Source: Moniliella sp. 'wahieum' (lineage: Eukaryota). From it: 64,000 nt of DNA. The notes under the pieces are model-generated. The model did not search any database and was not told where the DNA came from. It saw nothing but the letters and a program-made list of their open reading frames with translations. Of the stretch, positions 1-11,932 are shown in pieces. Numbering within the stretch: position 1 is the stretch's first letter; each line of letters begins with the position of its first letter. The stretch is taken from NCBI GenBank assembly GCA_003971905.1, contig RSEE01000014.1:620001-684000 (forward strand). The letters are read 5' to 3'. The translations under genes were made by a program, and so were the position numbers.

Positions 1-336
1 GGGTTGGGTTGGGCTGGGCTGGGTGGGGGTGTAGGGCCATCGGTGTGTCGGTGCATGCCAGCCAGTGCGCGCCTTACCTAATCCCCCCCGCGGCGACACA
101 GGGCACGTCACGTGTCCTGGCCAGCAGCACAGCAAATCCGTCGGCCTGTCCGCTCCGCTGCCGCGCCCACGCCCTTGCGTTTCTCACCACTGCCGCCGCC
201 TCTGCATCGCCTCGCACCGCCTCTGCACCGCCTCCATCCGCGCCTCCACCCGCGCCCCGCCGCCCCCTCCATCACCGCCACCACCACCACAGCCACCCCC
301 TCCCCCAGCGATCCCTACGCATGCCCGTCGGATAGC

Positions 337-3300
337 ATGGGAATGGCGCACCGACCGCAGGTGGCTCGCATCGTCACCGATGCCCCTCCCCCGACCCCCC
401 CCCCCACACAGCGTTGTTGTTCGGTCGCCTTCGGCAGAGGGGGCACAGGAGCAGCAGCACCGCCCTTGCCCGCCTCGCCCTCGCTTGCGGCTTCCCCCGC
501 CGATCGAAAACCCCACCAGCGCGCCTGTTCGCTCCCACCCCATCCCTTCCTTGCCAGTCCGCGCGGACACCTTCCCCCCGCCCCATCTCCCCCTGCCCAA
601 ACTCCACTTCCAGCCCGCCGGCCAATCCATTGGCCGCTCGCCGACTCGTCGCCCTCCTCGAACAGCCATTCTCGACTCGCTTACTCCCCTCGCGTGTATG
701 CCGGGAGCCCACTAAGTCCCTCGCGTCCCATCCTCCCTCCACCTGCCGGCTCGGCCGCTCCGCGTGCCTCCCAACCAGGGCGCGTGACCAGCTCTTACCG
801 CCAGCCTCTCCTCTGCCGCCACGGCCATCGCGGGAACACTCACAATGCCGCCAGCACCACGGCAGTCAACACTACCCTTCGCAACTCCTACACCACCGCG
901 GCCCAGTCAGTCCTTCACCGCTCCACACCGTCCATTGACGACAAACCGTACGAAGGAAAGGACCCACCAGAATTGCTCCCCGTCCGCCTCGGCACTCTAC
1001 CGTCGTCGCAGTCATATGCGTCACAAAAGCATCCTTTCGACCACTCCAAGACGCTTGAAGAAACCGAGGAGGCAGTTGAGATGGTCACCTATCCTCCTCC
1101 TCCTCGGCCTGACTTTGGCGGCTCGGATTATGGTGATCTGGACGATGGCGCTCCCACCTGGGAAGGGGAGGGGGGGCGCTTCCAACGCACCCTTGGGCTC
1201 ATGTATCAACGCAGATCCATGTGGGTGATATGCCTGGTACGCCAAGCCACTGTTTGCCCCCTGCCCTCCACGCCGTCGGCAGCCGGCCTCACCTCTCTGC
1301 GAAACGTCAACCAGTCGCGCTCAGCTCGGCCATTGACTGGCTGGGCTTGGCTTGTCCCCCCGCAGTGGCGGCGTCACATTCTCGGGCCCCGTTTGGTGGC
1401 GCTGGTGGGGCGAATGAGAGCGACCCAGAAACCCTACAGCGACACCCCCCACTTCGGGATGGACAGCTTTCCTCGTCGTTGGGATACCGCCATTGGGACG
1501 CAACGTACATGGGACAACCTATGTTCGCAGCCTTGAAGAGTTGGCAACCCGCAAAGAAGTGCATAAACACACTGTCAAGCGACGGCGCCTCGGACCACCC
1601 CAGAGCGCTCCCGAGTCTCAGTGGGGTCCGAGTCGCCTTCGTTAGGACTTAGTACGCGGAAGCGTCCCCAGTGGAAACGGACGCGCCACTGGACTTCTTC
1701 AATTCGGAGAGTGTGGACATCTGCCCACTCTTTTCGCTCCCCTTTTGCCCGTTCACGGCTTGCTTGGCGACGCTTCCTGCACCGCGTGGCCTACCCGTCC
1801 CCGCTTTCACCCCCCTCCTCCAGGATACAGGATTCCATCGCATTGGCCCCATGGCTTCGCATGAACCTCCCTTTCTTCATCTCTAGATCCCCCACGCCGC
1901 ACATGGTCCCGAGACTTCTGTCTTCTCTCTGCACCTTTCTTGGTACGTACACTTCTATCATGCTACGCCCCCCCAATTACTAACATTGGTATTAGATGAA
2001 GTCATTTCCGTCCCCAGCCTCTTCTTCCTGTTTATCATTATCATGCAGCAGATTCCCAGCGTCTCTCCCTTTGACCGCTGGGTGATGCTTTTCCATGGGG
2101 CCTCCAATTGGTCGCCATGAGCTTATTCCGTTGGACTGATTTCCCTCAGCCGCGTCAGGCATCCTCCGACCCTGATTCCCGCCTGTTCACGTCTATGACC
2201 ACACCTCGAGCACGTTTCTTCCTCGGTCTAATGATGAAGTTCGCGTGGGCTCGTTGATCTGCGTCAAAAACGGGGAACGTGTCCCCTGTGATATGGTCTG
2301 TCTCGCCACGTCTGAGAAGCAAGGGTGGTGCATGGTGGACCACAGTTCGCTCAACGGTGCGGAACACCTGGATATCAAGATGTCACCAGAATCTTCAAGG
2401 GGGTACAACACGCCCTTGTTGCTTCAGTCGTTGGCGGGCAAAGTCGAGCTTGACTATCCTCTTGGGTCAGAGACACTTCCGCAAGCGCGGGGAGGTAAGT
2501 TGACTTGTCCAGCCAACGACGGTCGACGAGGCGCTCGAAGCGTCTCATCTCTGTCTCGAGGAGCTCAGATTAAATTTACAAGCTATGTATATGGGCTGGT
2601 GACCCATCCCCCTCCCGCTCCTCCGCCGGTGCCCGAGCCCAGCTTAACTGAAGTGGAGCGGCAAGTGGACAAGATCACCAAGGTGATCATATGTGCTTTG
2701 GTTGTCGTTTCTTTTTTCTGTGCTGTGGGCGGACTGGTACAGGACCTTGACAACTGGCAAGCGCGCCAGTACCTGCTGTCTAGCTCACACTCGGACACGG
2801 CCCAAGCAGCCCGCACCTTCTTCAAGACCTGGCTCGCCTTCCTTGTTGCGATGGCCAATGTGTGTCCCCTCTGGCTCCCCTTTCTCCTCCGCCTCGTCAA
2901 GCTCAGTCTTAGTATCATGGTCTCGGCGGATTTGGACTTGTATGACCCCGAAACCGACACGCCGGCCCAGTGCCGCCGGTCCCACCTCCTAGACGAGATG
3001 GGGCAGATCGATTATCTGTTTCTCGACAAGACCGGTACCCTCACACGAGGCGACATGGACCTGGTGCATGTCTCGGTGGCCGGGGCATCGTACGCAAAGG
3101 TGTGGGACGAGACCAAGTCCGCATCCATTGCTGCCGTCCCCCTCGGGGACGACGGAAAGCCCAACATGGCCACGCCCTTTCTCTCATGGTCCAACCTGGC
3201 CGACCGGCTCAACTCGCTCGACCGCGCCCGGTTGGCATTAGGATACGATTCCTCAGCTCCTGTTATGCCCACTGGGATGTGGGGGCCTGGTTCGTCTCTC

Positions 3301-5369
3301 TTTCCCTCGGTCGATGCACCATGGGGTGCCGACCGAGTGATGCACGAGATGTTTGTTGCCCTTTCCGTCTGCCACACCGTCATCCCCTTCTGGACGGGCG
3401 ATAAGATCACCTACCAAGGCACCTCCCCCGATGAAGTTGGTGCAGTCTATGGCGCGCAGCTTGGCTACCGCCTCATTGCGCGCCAGCCCGGTGAAGTGTT
3501 TGTCAACTTTTGCAAGCAAGAGACGGACCGGTTCGAAGTGCTCTACCTCTGTCCCTTTCGTTCGTCCCGACGGTGTATGTCCCTTTTACTTCGTTGTCCC
3601 GGAAAAGTGCGGCTGTACGTCAAGGGGGCCGATCAGGTCATCTTCCCGCGCCTTTTGGATTTGTCTCCTTTGGTCCAGCTCTCGGGCGCGGATCTGCCAA
3701 GCACGCTGCGCCACCTCAATGCCTATGCGGTAGATGGCCTACGAACCATGGTGTACGCCGCGCGGGATGTGCCCGAAGCAGAGTATGTCCAATGGGAACG
3801 CACGCTCCGTGGCAGTCTCTCCGATCGCGCCTCGCCCGCCGAATTCGAAATGGCGCTGGCCAAGATGATGGACATGCTGGCTGGCCAGTCGCTCACCCTC
3901 TTGGGCGCTACAGGGATGGAGGATACTCTGTCCGAGGGCGTGGTCGACACGGTGCAAGCCTTCCACCGCGCCGGGCTCAAGCTCTTTGTCGTGTCGGGCG
4001 ACCAGAGAGATACAGTGCTTTCCACCGCTGTGAATAGCAAGGTGTTGGATCCCCATCTTAACCTTGTTGCCATTGACCAACCCGATGTGGGGTCGGCGTC
4101 GGAGCATGCTCACGAAGTACTGCGTGCTTATTCCGAGTCAAAGCGGAAAGAGACGGGAGACAAGGGCACCTTTGCTCTCCTACTGCAAGGCGCAGTGATC
4201 GATGCGCTGGACTCGGACCAATCCCCCGCCAAGGAGCAACCCGAACTGTTGGATGCCCTGCTGGAACTCATCTTGCTCAGTCAGGTCGTCATCATCCCTC
4301 GCGCTACGGCCCAAAACAAACTCGCGTTTACCCTCTGGGTACGGAAAGAGTTGACGGCCCGCATCTTGGCCGTTGGAGACGGGGACAACGATGAGGGCAT
4401 GCTCCGTGCAGCCCATGTAGGGGTTGGGATGGCGGCTCTGGTCCATGGTTCTACTGCGGATGTGACCCTCTCCGAGTTTCGTATGCTGCGCAAGCTCTTG
4501 CTGGTCCATGGATTCTGGTCCTACACTCGGGTCAGCAAGATGGTGCTGTATGTGCTCTACACCAATGTGGCCTTGTACGGCTGTGTATTTTGGTATGCCA
4601 TCCAATCGGGCTGGTCGGGCGCCACGCCGATTGAGGGGTGGGAGATGACCTTTTTCTTCTCCACCTTCTTTGTCTTGCCCCCTGCTCTGGGATTGGGGTT
4701 GTTTGACAAGCCGCTCAACGCCCGGATGCTGGAGCGCTTTCCTCAGCTCTATGGTTCGCCCCTCTTGAGCCTGCAGCGCGGGTACGACTTTCTCCTCAAT
4801 GGTCTCGTGCATTCAGCAGTCACGTACCTCTTGGTCAGCTGGGGGTTATGGGACACGCAATTGACTGGTGGCTACACAGCGGCCGAAGGTGTCTTTGGCC
4901 AGACACTCTTCTTTTCCGTCCTCGCCACTATCCTGATCAAGGCGGTTGCGATGAGCAACACGATCAATGTCTACACGTTTGCCGCCTGGGTGGGAACCTA
5001 CTTTGCGGCGTTGGTGTATGGTCTACTGTGGACGATCATTGCGCCTGCCATCCCGCGCATTCATCTCGCCTGGTCCCTCCGCCACCTCGTACCGCGCTTG
5101 TATCCGTTCAGTCTGTTTTGGTTCGCCACCCTGCTCACGCCCGTGGTATCGTGCTTCCGCGACGTGCTCTGGCGCTTTGGCAGCGCACCTACCGTCCCGA
5201 AGTGATCCATTTGGTGCAGGAAGTACAACACCTCAACGTGCACGACTACAAGGCACGCTTGACCAAGTACCAAAAGAACCGGAACCAAGTCGCGCCCCGA
5301 CTGCCACGCCGCAAGTGGGGCGGGGGCGGGTTTGCCTTTGCTCAGATGGATCCGCCGCTCTGGGCCTGA
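337..5369 (+). CDS. Divergent Drs2/ATP8A-like phospholipid-translocating P4-ATPase (start uncertain; frameshifts; intron 1943-1995)
   Basis: ORF 2245-5205 has FLDKTGTLT (phosphorylation site, 3025-3039), ALSVCHTVIP, YQGTSPDE, LYVKGAD, DGLRTM, LLGATGMED, AVGDGDND and LLLVHG. TM1-2 SLFFLFIIIMQQIPSVSP follows a GTACGT...CTAAC...TAG intron. After a shift near 5180 the tail reads RTYRPEVIHLVQEVQ...GFAFAQ, like the Drs2 C-terminal GFAFS tail. The N-terminal 337-1900 region is low complexity and its inclusion is inferred. Confidence 0.9.
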
Positions 5370-5438
5370 CCTGCTTCCACCTCGCCTACCTCCTCCTCCT
5401 CCTCCGCCCTGCCCTGCCCTGCCCCGCCTCCCGACCAA

Positions 5439-5470
<32 letters not shown>
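5439..5470. repeat. (ACGAGC)x5 microsatellite
   Basis: acgagcacgagcacgagcacgagcacgagc read directly. Confidence 0.9.
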
Positions 5471-5471
<1 letters not shown>

Positions 5472-5879
5472 CCGCCAGCTTACCGCGGCTGGACCCTCGT
5501 GGACTTTGCCCGGGCGTTTGACTCGAGCTTGGCGCGCTCGCCCGCCGCTGCCGCAGATACCCCCCCGTAAAACGCGTAAACCACCCACTTGAAGTGCATC
5601 CTGTATATCATCCATCGGTCTCCATGGCCCTGGCGCCTAGCGTCGTATGGTTGGGCGTGTGGTATGTGAAGACCCCCGGGTATCCCGGAGTGGGGTCCAG
5701 GAGCGGGGGTGCAAGGATCGGATCGGTTCCGCAGTACACTTGCGCCTGCTCTCGGGTCCCTGGATAAACCTAATATCTTAGCCTAAGACCTAAGGCCAAA
5801 GCGGGGTGGCAGCTACGCGATACCCCGGGCACATGGCGAACTCTGCGGTCAACGTGCTGTTTCCACGGAACCTCTTCCA

Positions 5880-8490
5880 GCTCCGGCACAGATCTCAGAC
5901 CCAGGCTTCAGGAGCTTCAGGGCCTCAGGCCTGACCTCTCGGGCGTCAAGCTCAAGCTTCAAGTTGACGCGGCGTTACGCGTTACAATGGGGCCGGGGGG
6001 TCAAGCTGCGGCCCTGTGCACCTGAGGCCTAATCAGTACGAAGTGAGGGCCAGACTGAGCGCGGGTAACGCGGTAACGCGGGAAACTGGAAGCTTGACAC
6101 ATGAAGATAGGAGATTGAATTTAATTATGCACGATGGAGCAGGGGCTCTGAGACTCTCAGACGCTGTGGGGGTCGGCTATTGCCTGTTGCATGCTCAGTG
6201 TTCCTTGATGTGTCCAGGTAGCTCGAAGGTTCAATTGGGCTGAGCGCGGAGCATGTGAGGCCTTGGCGCCTCGGGCCCTAAGGCCCTGAGGCCCTGAGGG
6301 TTCAAAGCATCCAGTACAGTAACTGTAACTAGAGTAGCTGCCGGTAGCTGGTAAAGCATCCCAGAACAGATCTCAGTCTGAGATCGGAGTCGCTTGCATA
6401 AGGGGGGACACGAGAGGGAGCGTAATGCGGGCGAGTGTGCCCTGCTGGCCGCGAACGCAAAGCCTAAAGCCTAGAGCCTAAGGCCTACCCGACCACCAGC
6501 GGTGAACACCAAATAGTGATAGCTACGACGGATAATCGATAGCCGCAACAACCAAAGTATTATAACGGAAGCTAATACTCTTCTTCGATCCCAAAAAGCA
6601 TAATCCAACCCGACACGATTGGACAGAAAATAGGGGGAGGCGGGACCGAGACTACCGGTGGGCTGCTGGCTCTCGTCTGGCGCTCGTCTCGGCCGTGCGC
6701 AGGCGAACAAGAAACGGCGAAAAGAGCGACGCACGAGAGGGTGCAGGATAGTGCGTGTGGGGGTTGGCACGTTGGCGCGTTGGCGCCCACGAAGAGACAT
6801 GCGGTACGTACCTCCTCGCTACGTACCGCCCATCGGCATTTCCGTTTTGGCGAACGATCCACACCCGAGGGGGACCTGGCCCCCCACCTACCCGACCCAC
6901 CCGACCTACCGACGGTGCCGGTGACTAGTGGCCGACGAACAGCTGCTTGACGAAACCTTAACTTTTAAAAACCGACAACGCTTGTATGTGAATGTCACAT
7001 GTCATGTGAATGTGATATGGCACAGTGGGCCCGCGGGTCCCGCTTCCTGGCACCTGATGCATGATGCAGGATGCGTGACGCGCAAGACGGCGGCGCGCGC
7101 GGCCCCTAGCCCACCAGTGCACCAGCCAGCATACAATCGATCACGTTCTCAAGACCATCCAGACCATCCAGACCATCCAAGCTGCAAGCCAGAGCGCGGC
7201 CTAGTGCCACATACATGATGGCCAGGGAAACGCGAAGCGTGATGAGTGACGCGTGACGCGTGACATGTGACACGAGAATAGTGACTGCTTTCATCACGCG
7301 TGTCACAGGTGTGACATGTGGCAATACGTCGTCTGGGATACGGGTGCGCTCTGGTGCACTTCGCGGGTCCCAGCCACAGTGTCGGTGACATGGTGACACA
7401 CTCGATTGTTCTGGGCTGCTGGCTCGGACCTGGTCGGGCCCCAGTAGGCCCCGGGCTGCCCCCCGCCGCCCCCGCGGATGCACTCAGTACTCAGACTGAG
7501 TACTGACTGTACTGACTGATGCACTGATGGTTCAGACTCTCCCAAGCTCCAAGTTGGATGGAGAAACAGGGAGAAGAAGAGAAGCGCGCGGGGCAACGAG
7601 AATGAGTAATTGATTGATGAGATCGCGATGATCGAGATGATCGATGATCCTGCTTGTGGATGCTTAAATGGTTCAGCGTTCACCCACCGGTCACCGTTCA
7701 ATGTTCACCGTTCATGCAGTTCAAACGTTCATGCATTCTGATTAGCGGTCTACTAATACAATACTGTTGGGACGTGCCAACGTTTGGGTCTCTGGGCTCT
7801 GGGCCGGCGAAGAGTTTGGCGGGGAGAGGGAGATTATCGATCATTATCGATTATCAATTCCTGGTGACCGTCACCGGTGAAGCAGCTGGTAAAGCTTTGA
7901 AGCTTGAAGCTCGTGAGAGTCACATCGATGCGCTGAGTGCATCAAGCTTCAAGTAGGATATAGGAGCACCGATGAATATATGAATCGAAGAAGCTTGCTT
8001 GTGAATATGAGAGGACTTGAAGCGCTGAAGGTTGACTTCAACTTGAAGGTTGTACACAGGAGTTCGAAGCTGAAACTGATGTTGAAGTGGAAGCTTGAAA
8101 CTTGAACGCTGGACAGTAGGAACTTACAGGGCCAAGCACGAGCGCATGAATCAGCGGTTAATAAGCCGTCAGAAAAAGGGGTGCAGGACGTGTAGGGCCT
8201 AGGCGTTGACATGCTGACACGTTGGCCGTTGCCCTTGAAGCCGAATCGTCGCAGCAGCCCCCAGCCCAGTGTGCACGAACAGGACCATGGCCTCCAGCCA
8301 TTTGCGCACCACAGAGCTGGCTGATACCTAAGATCTAAGATCTAGTCGTCTCCTTGAGCTATCGAAGGTCTCAGATCGGCTGATTGATGCAGGATGCATG
8401 ATACACGGTGCATGGTGCGACGACGGTGACCGGTGACTGATTAGTACGTCGATTAGTGGTCAATGAATGATTAACGATGCATGATGCGTC
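5880..8490. repeat. Intergenic field of 7-bp-period T-N-A + 4-bp-palindrome micro-arrays
   Basis: e.g. gtgacgcgtgacgcgtgacatgtgac (7246-7271), taagatctaagatctag (8329-8345), tttgaagcttgaagctc (~7896-7912), gcgttacgcgttac (~5972-5985), gatctcagtctgagatc (6369-6385). Confidence 0.8.
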
Positions 8491-10015
8491 GTGTGAGATG
8501 TGGGATGAGTGATGTATGATGGTAGGACTACGGCCTATTACGGACAGGTTTATAGTCGGTGGTCTATTGCAACCCCAAGCATGCCCGTCCGTACCTTCGT
8601 GAATGCCAGCGCGCGTCCATGTCCCCGTCCAACGTCCATGTCAGCGCAAGCCAGTACCGTACACGTACCGGCGCAAGAGGTCAGGAGGACGGGTGACACG
8701 GTGACGTACGCACGCCTGTTGCTGGTTGAGTTGTGCAACGCTGGGCGCTGGGCTTGATCGACAGAATGCTGCATGGACTCGGAAGATGGAGTGGTCACTA
8801 AAGTTACATGTCAAAGACAGCACCACCGACAGCCGTCTCTCTTTCGGAGCGCCTAGGTGTTCACATGTTCTCAGAGCACGAGCCTGCGCCAGCCGGGCAG
8901 GAAGAACCCCGGTGAGTGAGCATCCCTGTTCCCATTTGAAACGTGGTGCATATCGAAACATGCAATTGCGACCGATTAATCCGATTGCCAGTAAATTGGT
9001 ATCAACGTTTGTTGAACGCGGGTACCGTACCATCGGCCATCTCATATGCGCTATGCGCTGCGCGCTAATAACTAGCTGTTCTTGTGTGTGAAATGCTGCA
9101 CCAGACTGTACCCCCGTCAGTGCCTCGCTGGCTTCACCGATCGGCACGTTGCTTCGCCAGACCTGTGGATAGATGGCTATCCCATACAAGGCAAGCGCTG
9201 TTGTGGAGGACGCAAAGGCGCCGCACAAGAGACACACCCTACTGCAGCTCCGATCTGGCGCGGGGGAAGGGTGCGCTGCGTGGTGGCCTGCGCGTCGCTG
9301 ATGCAAACGGGGGTGGCCGATGGATGGATGGGCTGGGGCGATCGAGGGGAGGATATGAAAAGAGGAGCAGGCCAGGCCAGTAGCTGCGCTGCGCCTGAAT
9401 CCTGAGGCCTGACGTCAGTACCAGTGCGGCCGGAGGGCAGGAGGGGCAGAAGAGGAAGCTCGGATCTCAGATCGCAGAAGAGGGGGTTGGAGGGGGTGCG
9501 GCTGGCCAGGCACGGCAGGGTGGCAGGTGTTGTATTCGATGCTCTGCGCGCCAGGTGAGAGGCAAGGGCAGGCGAGGGCAGCACAGTCAGACTGGCGTGG
9601 ACCCTGGCTGCGGTGAGCGCAGCTGGAAATCAAGCCACCTCCGCTGTGGAACCAACGCTGGGGTACGTACATCAGCACAATATCGCATCGGTGGGCAGGG
9701 GGCCGCAGAGCAGCCGAGTGCGGCGCTGTGCTGCGCTGCCCCACGCTGCGGCTCGAGGCCCACGGCGTAGGCCTAAGGCCGAACAACCAGCAGCGCAGGG
9801 TTGCTAGAGCAGCTGCTATAGCATAGCAGCTCGATAATCGCAACCCTGCGCTGCTGACGCGCTGGCGCTGTCCCTGCATGCTGCCGCTACGCAGCACGCA
9901 GGCCGCCGTCCCACCCTCCCCCCACGCGCCGCCTCGACCTCCGCCGGCCCCGCCGCCTGCCCGCCGCCATCGCCCCCCCACCTCGCCTCCGCCCCACCAC
10001 CCACACGCCACCCCC

Positions 10016-11932
10016 ATGGCTTCTGTCCTCACCGACACGTCCCTTGCCGCTGTGGGCCCACCCCCGCTCGCGTCCGACTCGCCTGCCCCCCTCGTCACCG
10101 TGACGGTGGCCAGGCCCCGCGACCTCCACACCGCCTCTGCCCCCGCCGCCCACCCCCCTGGGCCATACCACCCCCGGCACCGACTTCTTCGCCCTCCCCC
10201 CGGCCCAGGCGCCAACAAAAAGCCCACTGGCATCACCGCCTTCTCCCTCGGCATCGGCTTCTCCTGGGGGGTAAGCGAGGAGCCAGACCCGATCCAATCG
10301 AACCAGCCCGATCCTGCACCTGCTCTGTCCTCCGTCCCCAGCAGTCGTGACGCTTCCACCAACCCGGCCATCATCGCCTCTCCTTTTCTGTCTCCTACTG
10401 GCCCCCAGCCCACTGCCAACGGTAGGGCAGAAGAGGAGCCCGCTCTCGTTTCGCCTCGGCCAGCTCCTGCCCCACAGCTGCACTCCAACACATTGGCTGT
10501 GGCGGCCCAAGCCTGCCCCCAGGAGAACCAGTTGGACAACCCCTGGTCTTCCGGTGAGCTGCCCTCTTCGCCTCAACAGGTTCGCCATGGCCCGCCTACT
10601 CGACTTGGTACGGCTCCCAACCCTCATCCGCCCTGCTGGCTTCATCCACTGTTCATCCCGAATCGCTCAGCATCTCTCCTTCCACCTCGTCTTCCTCCGC
10701 CCCACCCTATGGTACCCCACCATTGTCCAGTCCCCTGTACCAAGATATGCCGTCCGCTTCGGCCTCATCCACTTCCTTCACTTGCTCTTCTGGTGAGCCC
10801 GCACTCCCAAGAAGCGGCTCACCCCATGGAACCGTGGAACCAAAAGCGCTCTGGCGAGGAGCGTGATGCCAGTGTCTCTGTCCCCATTCTCACCACCCCC
10901 GCCCCGGAATCAGCCCTTGGCAAAGAAAATGGCCATGAGAGTGTATCCGCCGAGGGCAAGCCGACGACGAAACCGGACGAGCGCAATGATCTTTCTGTCC
11001 AGCAGCCAAGTCCCAACGAGAACGACAAAGAGTCCGAACCCATTTCCCCCACCACGGACGACCCTGCCAAGGACCCTAGCAAGTCGCCCGGTGATCGAGG
11101 TAGAAAAGCTCCTCGTCGCGACACCAAGGGGCTCCCACGCCAGTTTGCCTGCACCATCTGTGGCACGGCATTTGCCCGCAACCACGACCTGCGCCGCCAT
11201 GCTCGTATCCATATGGCCAACAAGCCCTATGCTTGCACCACCTGCCGCAAGCAGTTTTCGCGCAAGGATGCGCTCAACCGTCATTTGGCTGTCAAATCTG
11301 GCTGCCAATTCCGCCGACGTTCTTCGCAAGGCGCTCCCCTCCTCGCGCCTGGCGCGGGGGCGACCGAGGGAGTAACTGTTGCGCCCCACGCGCCGTACCC
11401 GACATCCGGCATCCCACCTCCCTCTCGAATGACCGAGTACCAGCCCTACACCGTCGGTCTCTCCAACCCTTCCGACTCGACGCCCCTGCCGCGCCCGGGC
11501 GTACCTGCCCCGCTCAACATGGGCTTTGACTACAGCCCGATGGTGCCATCCATGTACAACCCCAGCTCGGCTCCGAGCGAGTACGGGCGGATGGGCATGT
11601 ACGCACAGAGCGCGGCCAAACCGGTCCCGATGGTGTCCTATCCGCCTCCCCACCCGTCCATGCCCTTGCTCTTTTCCGACACGTTGCCCGGTGCCCGCGC
11701 GCGCTCTGCCACCATCCCCGGGCCCAGTCCGGACTTGTGGCTCGGGATGGGCCGCGCTCCCGCCGACAGTCTGGACCCGAGCCTGAGCGGGCCGATGGCC
11801 TCCCACCCCCCTGGCTCGTCCGCCCAGGACCCTGGCGTTTCGGCCAACGTCCCGCTCGGCTTTATGCCGCTCTCGTCCCCCCACCAACGACCGAACGCAC
11901 AGGGGGGCGTGGGCAACCCCATGTGGCGCTAA
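10016..11932 (+). CDS. C2H2 zinc-finger transcription factor (two fingers)
   Basis: ORF 9878-11932 contains FACTICGTAFARNHDLRRHARIH-MANKPY-ACTTCRKQFSRKDALNRH (~11144-11290) within Pro/Ser-rich flanks. Start ATG uncertain (9878, 10016 or later). Confidence 0.85.
   Translation: MASVLTDTSLAAVGPPPLASDSPAPLVTVTVARPRDLHTASAPAAHPPGPYHPRHRLLRPPPGPGANKKPTGITAFSLGIGFSWGVSEEPDPIQSNQPDPAPALSSVPSSRDASTNPAIIASPFLSPTGPQPTANGRAEEEPALVSPRPAPAPQLHSNTLAVAAQACPQENQLDNPWSSGELPSSPQQVRHGPPTRLGTAPNPHPPCWLHPLFIPNRSASLLPPRLPPPHPMVPHHCPVPCTKICRPLRPHPLPSLALLVSPHSQEAAHPMEPWNQKRSGEERDASVSVPILTTPAPESALGKENGHESVSAEGKPTTKPDERNDLSVQQPSPNENDKESEPISPTTDDPAKDPSKSPGDRGRKAPRRDTKGLPRQFACTICGTAFARNHDLRRHARIHMANKPYACTTCRKQFSRKDALNRHLAVKSGCQFRRRSSQGAPLLAPGAGATEGVTVAPHAPYPTSGIPPPSRMTEYQPYTVGLSNPSDSTPLPRPGVPAPLNMGFDYSPMVPSMYNPSSAPSEYGRMGMYAQSAAKPVPMVSYPPPHPSMPLLFSDTLPGARARSATIPGPSPDLWLGMGRAPADSLDPSLSGPMASHPPGSSAQDPGVSANVPLGFMPLSSPHQRPNAQGGVGNPMWR

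Noticed and set aside
1..29. gggttgggttgggctgggctgggtggggg as a telomere
   Set aside because: Not TTAGGG, only ~6 mixed units and directly upstream of a gene; at most a G-quadruplex-capable promoter tract
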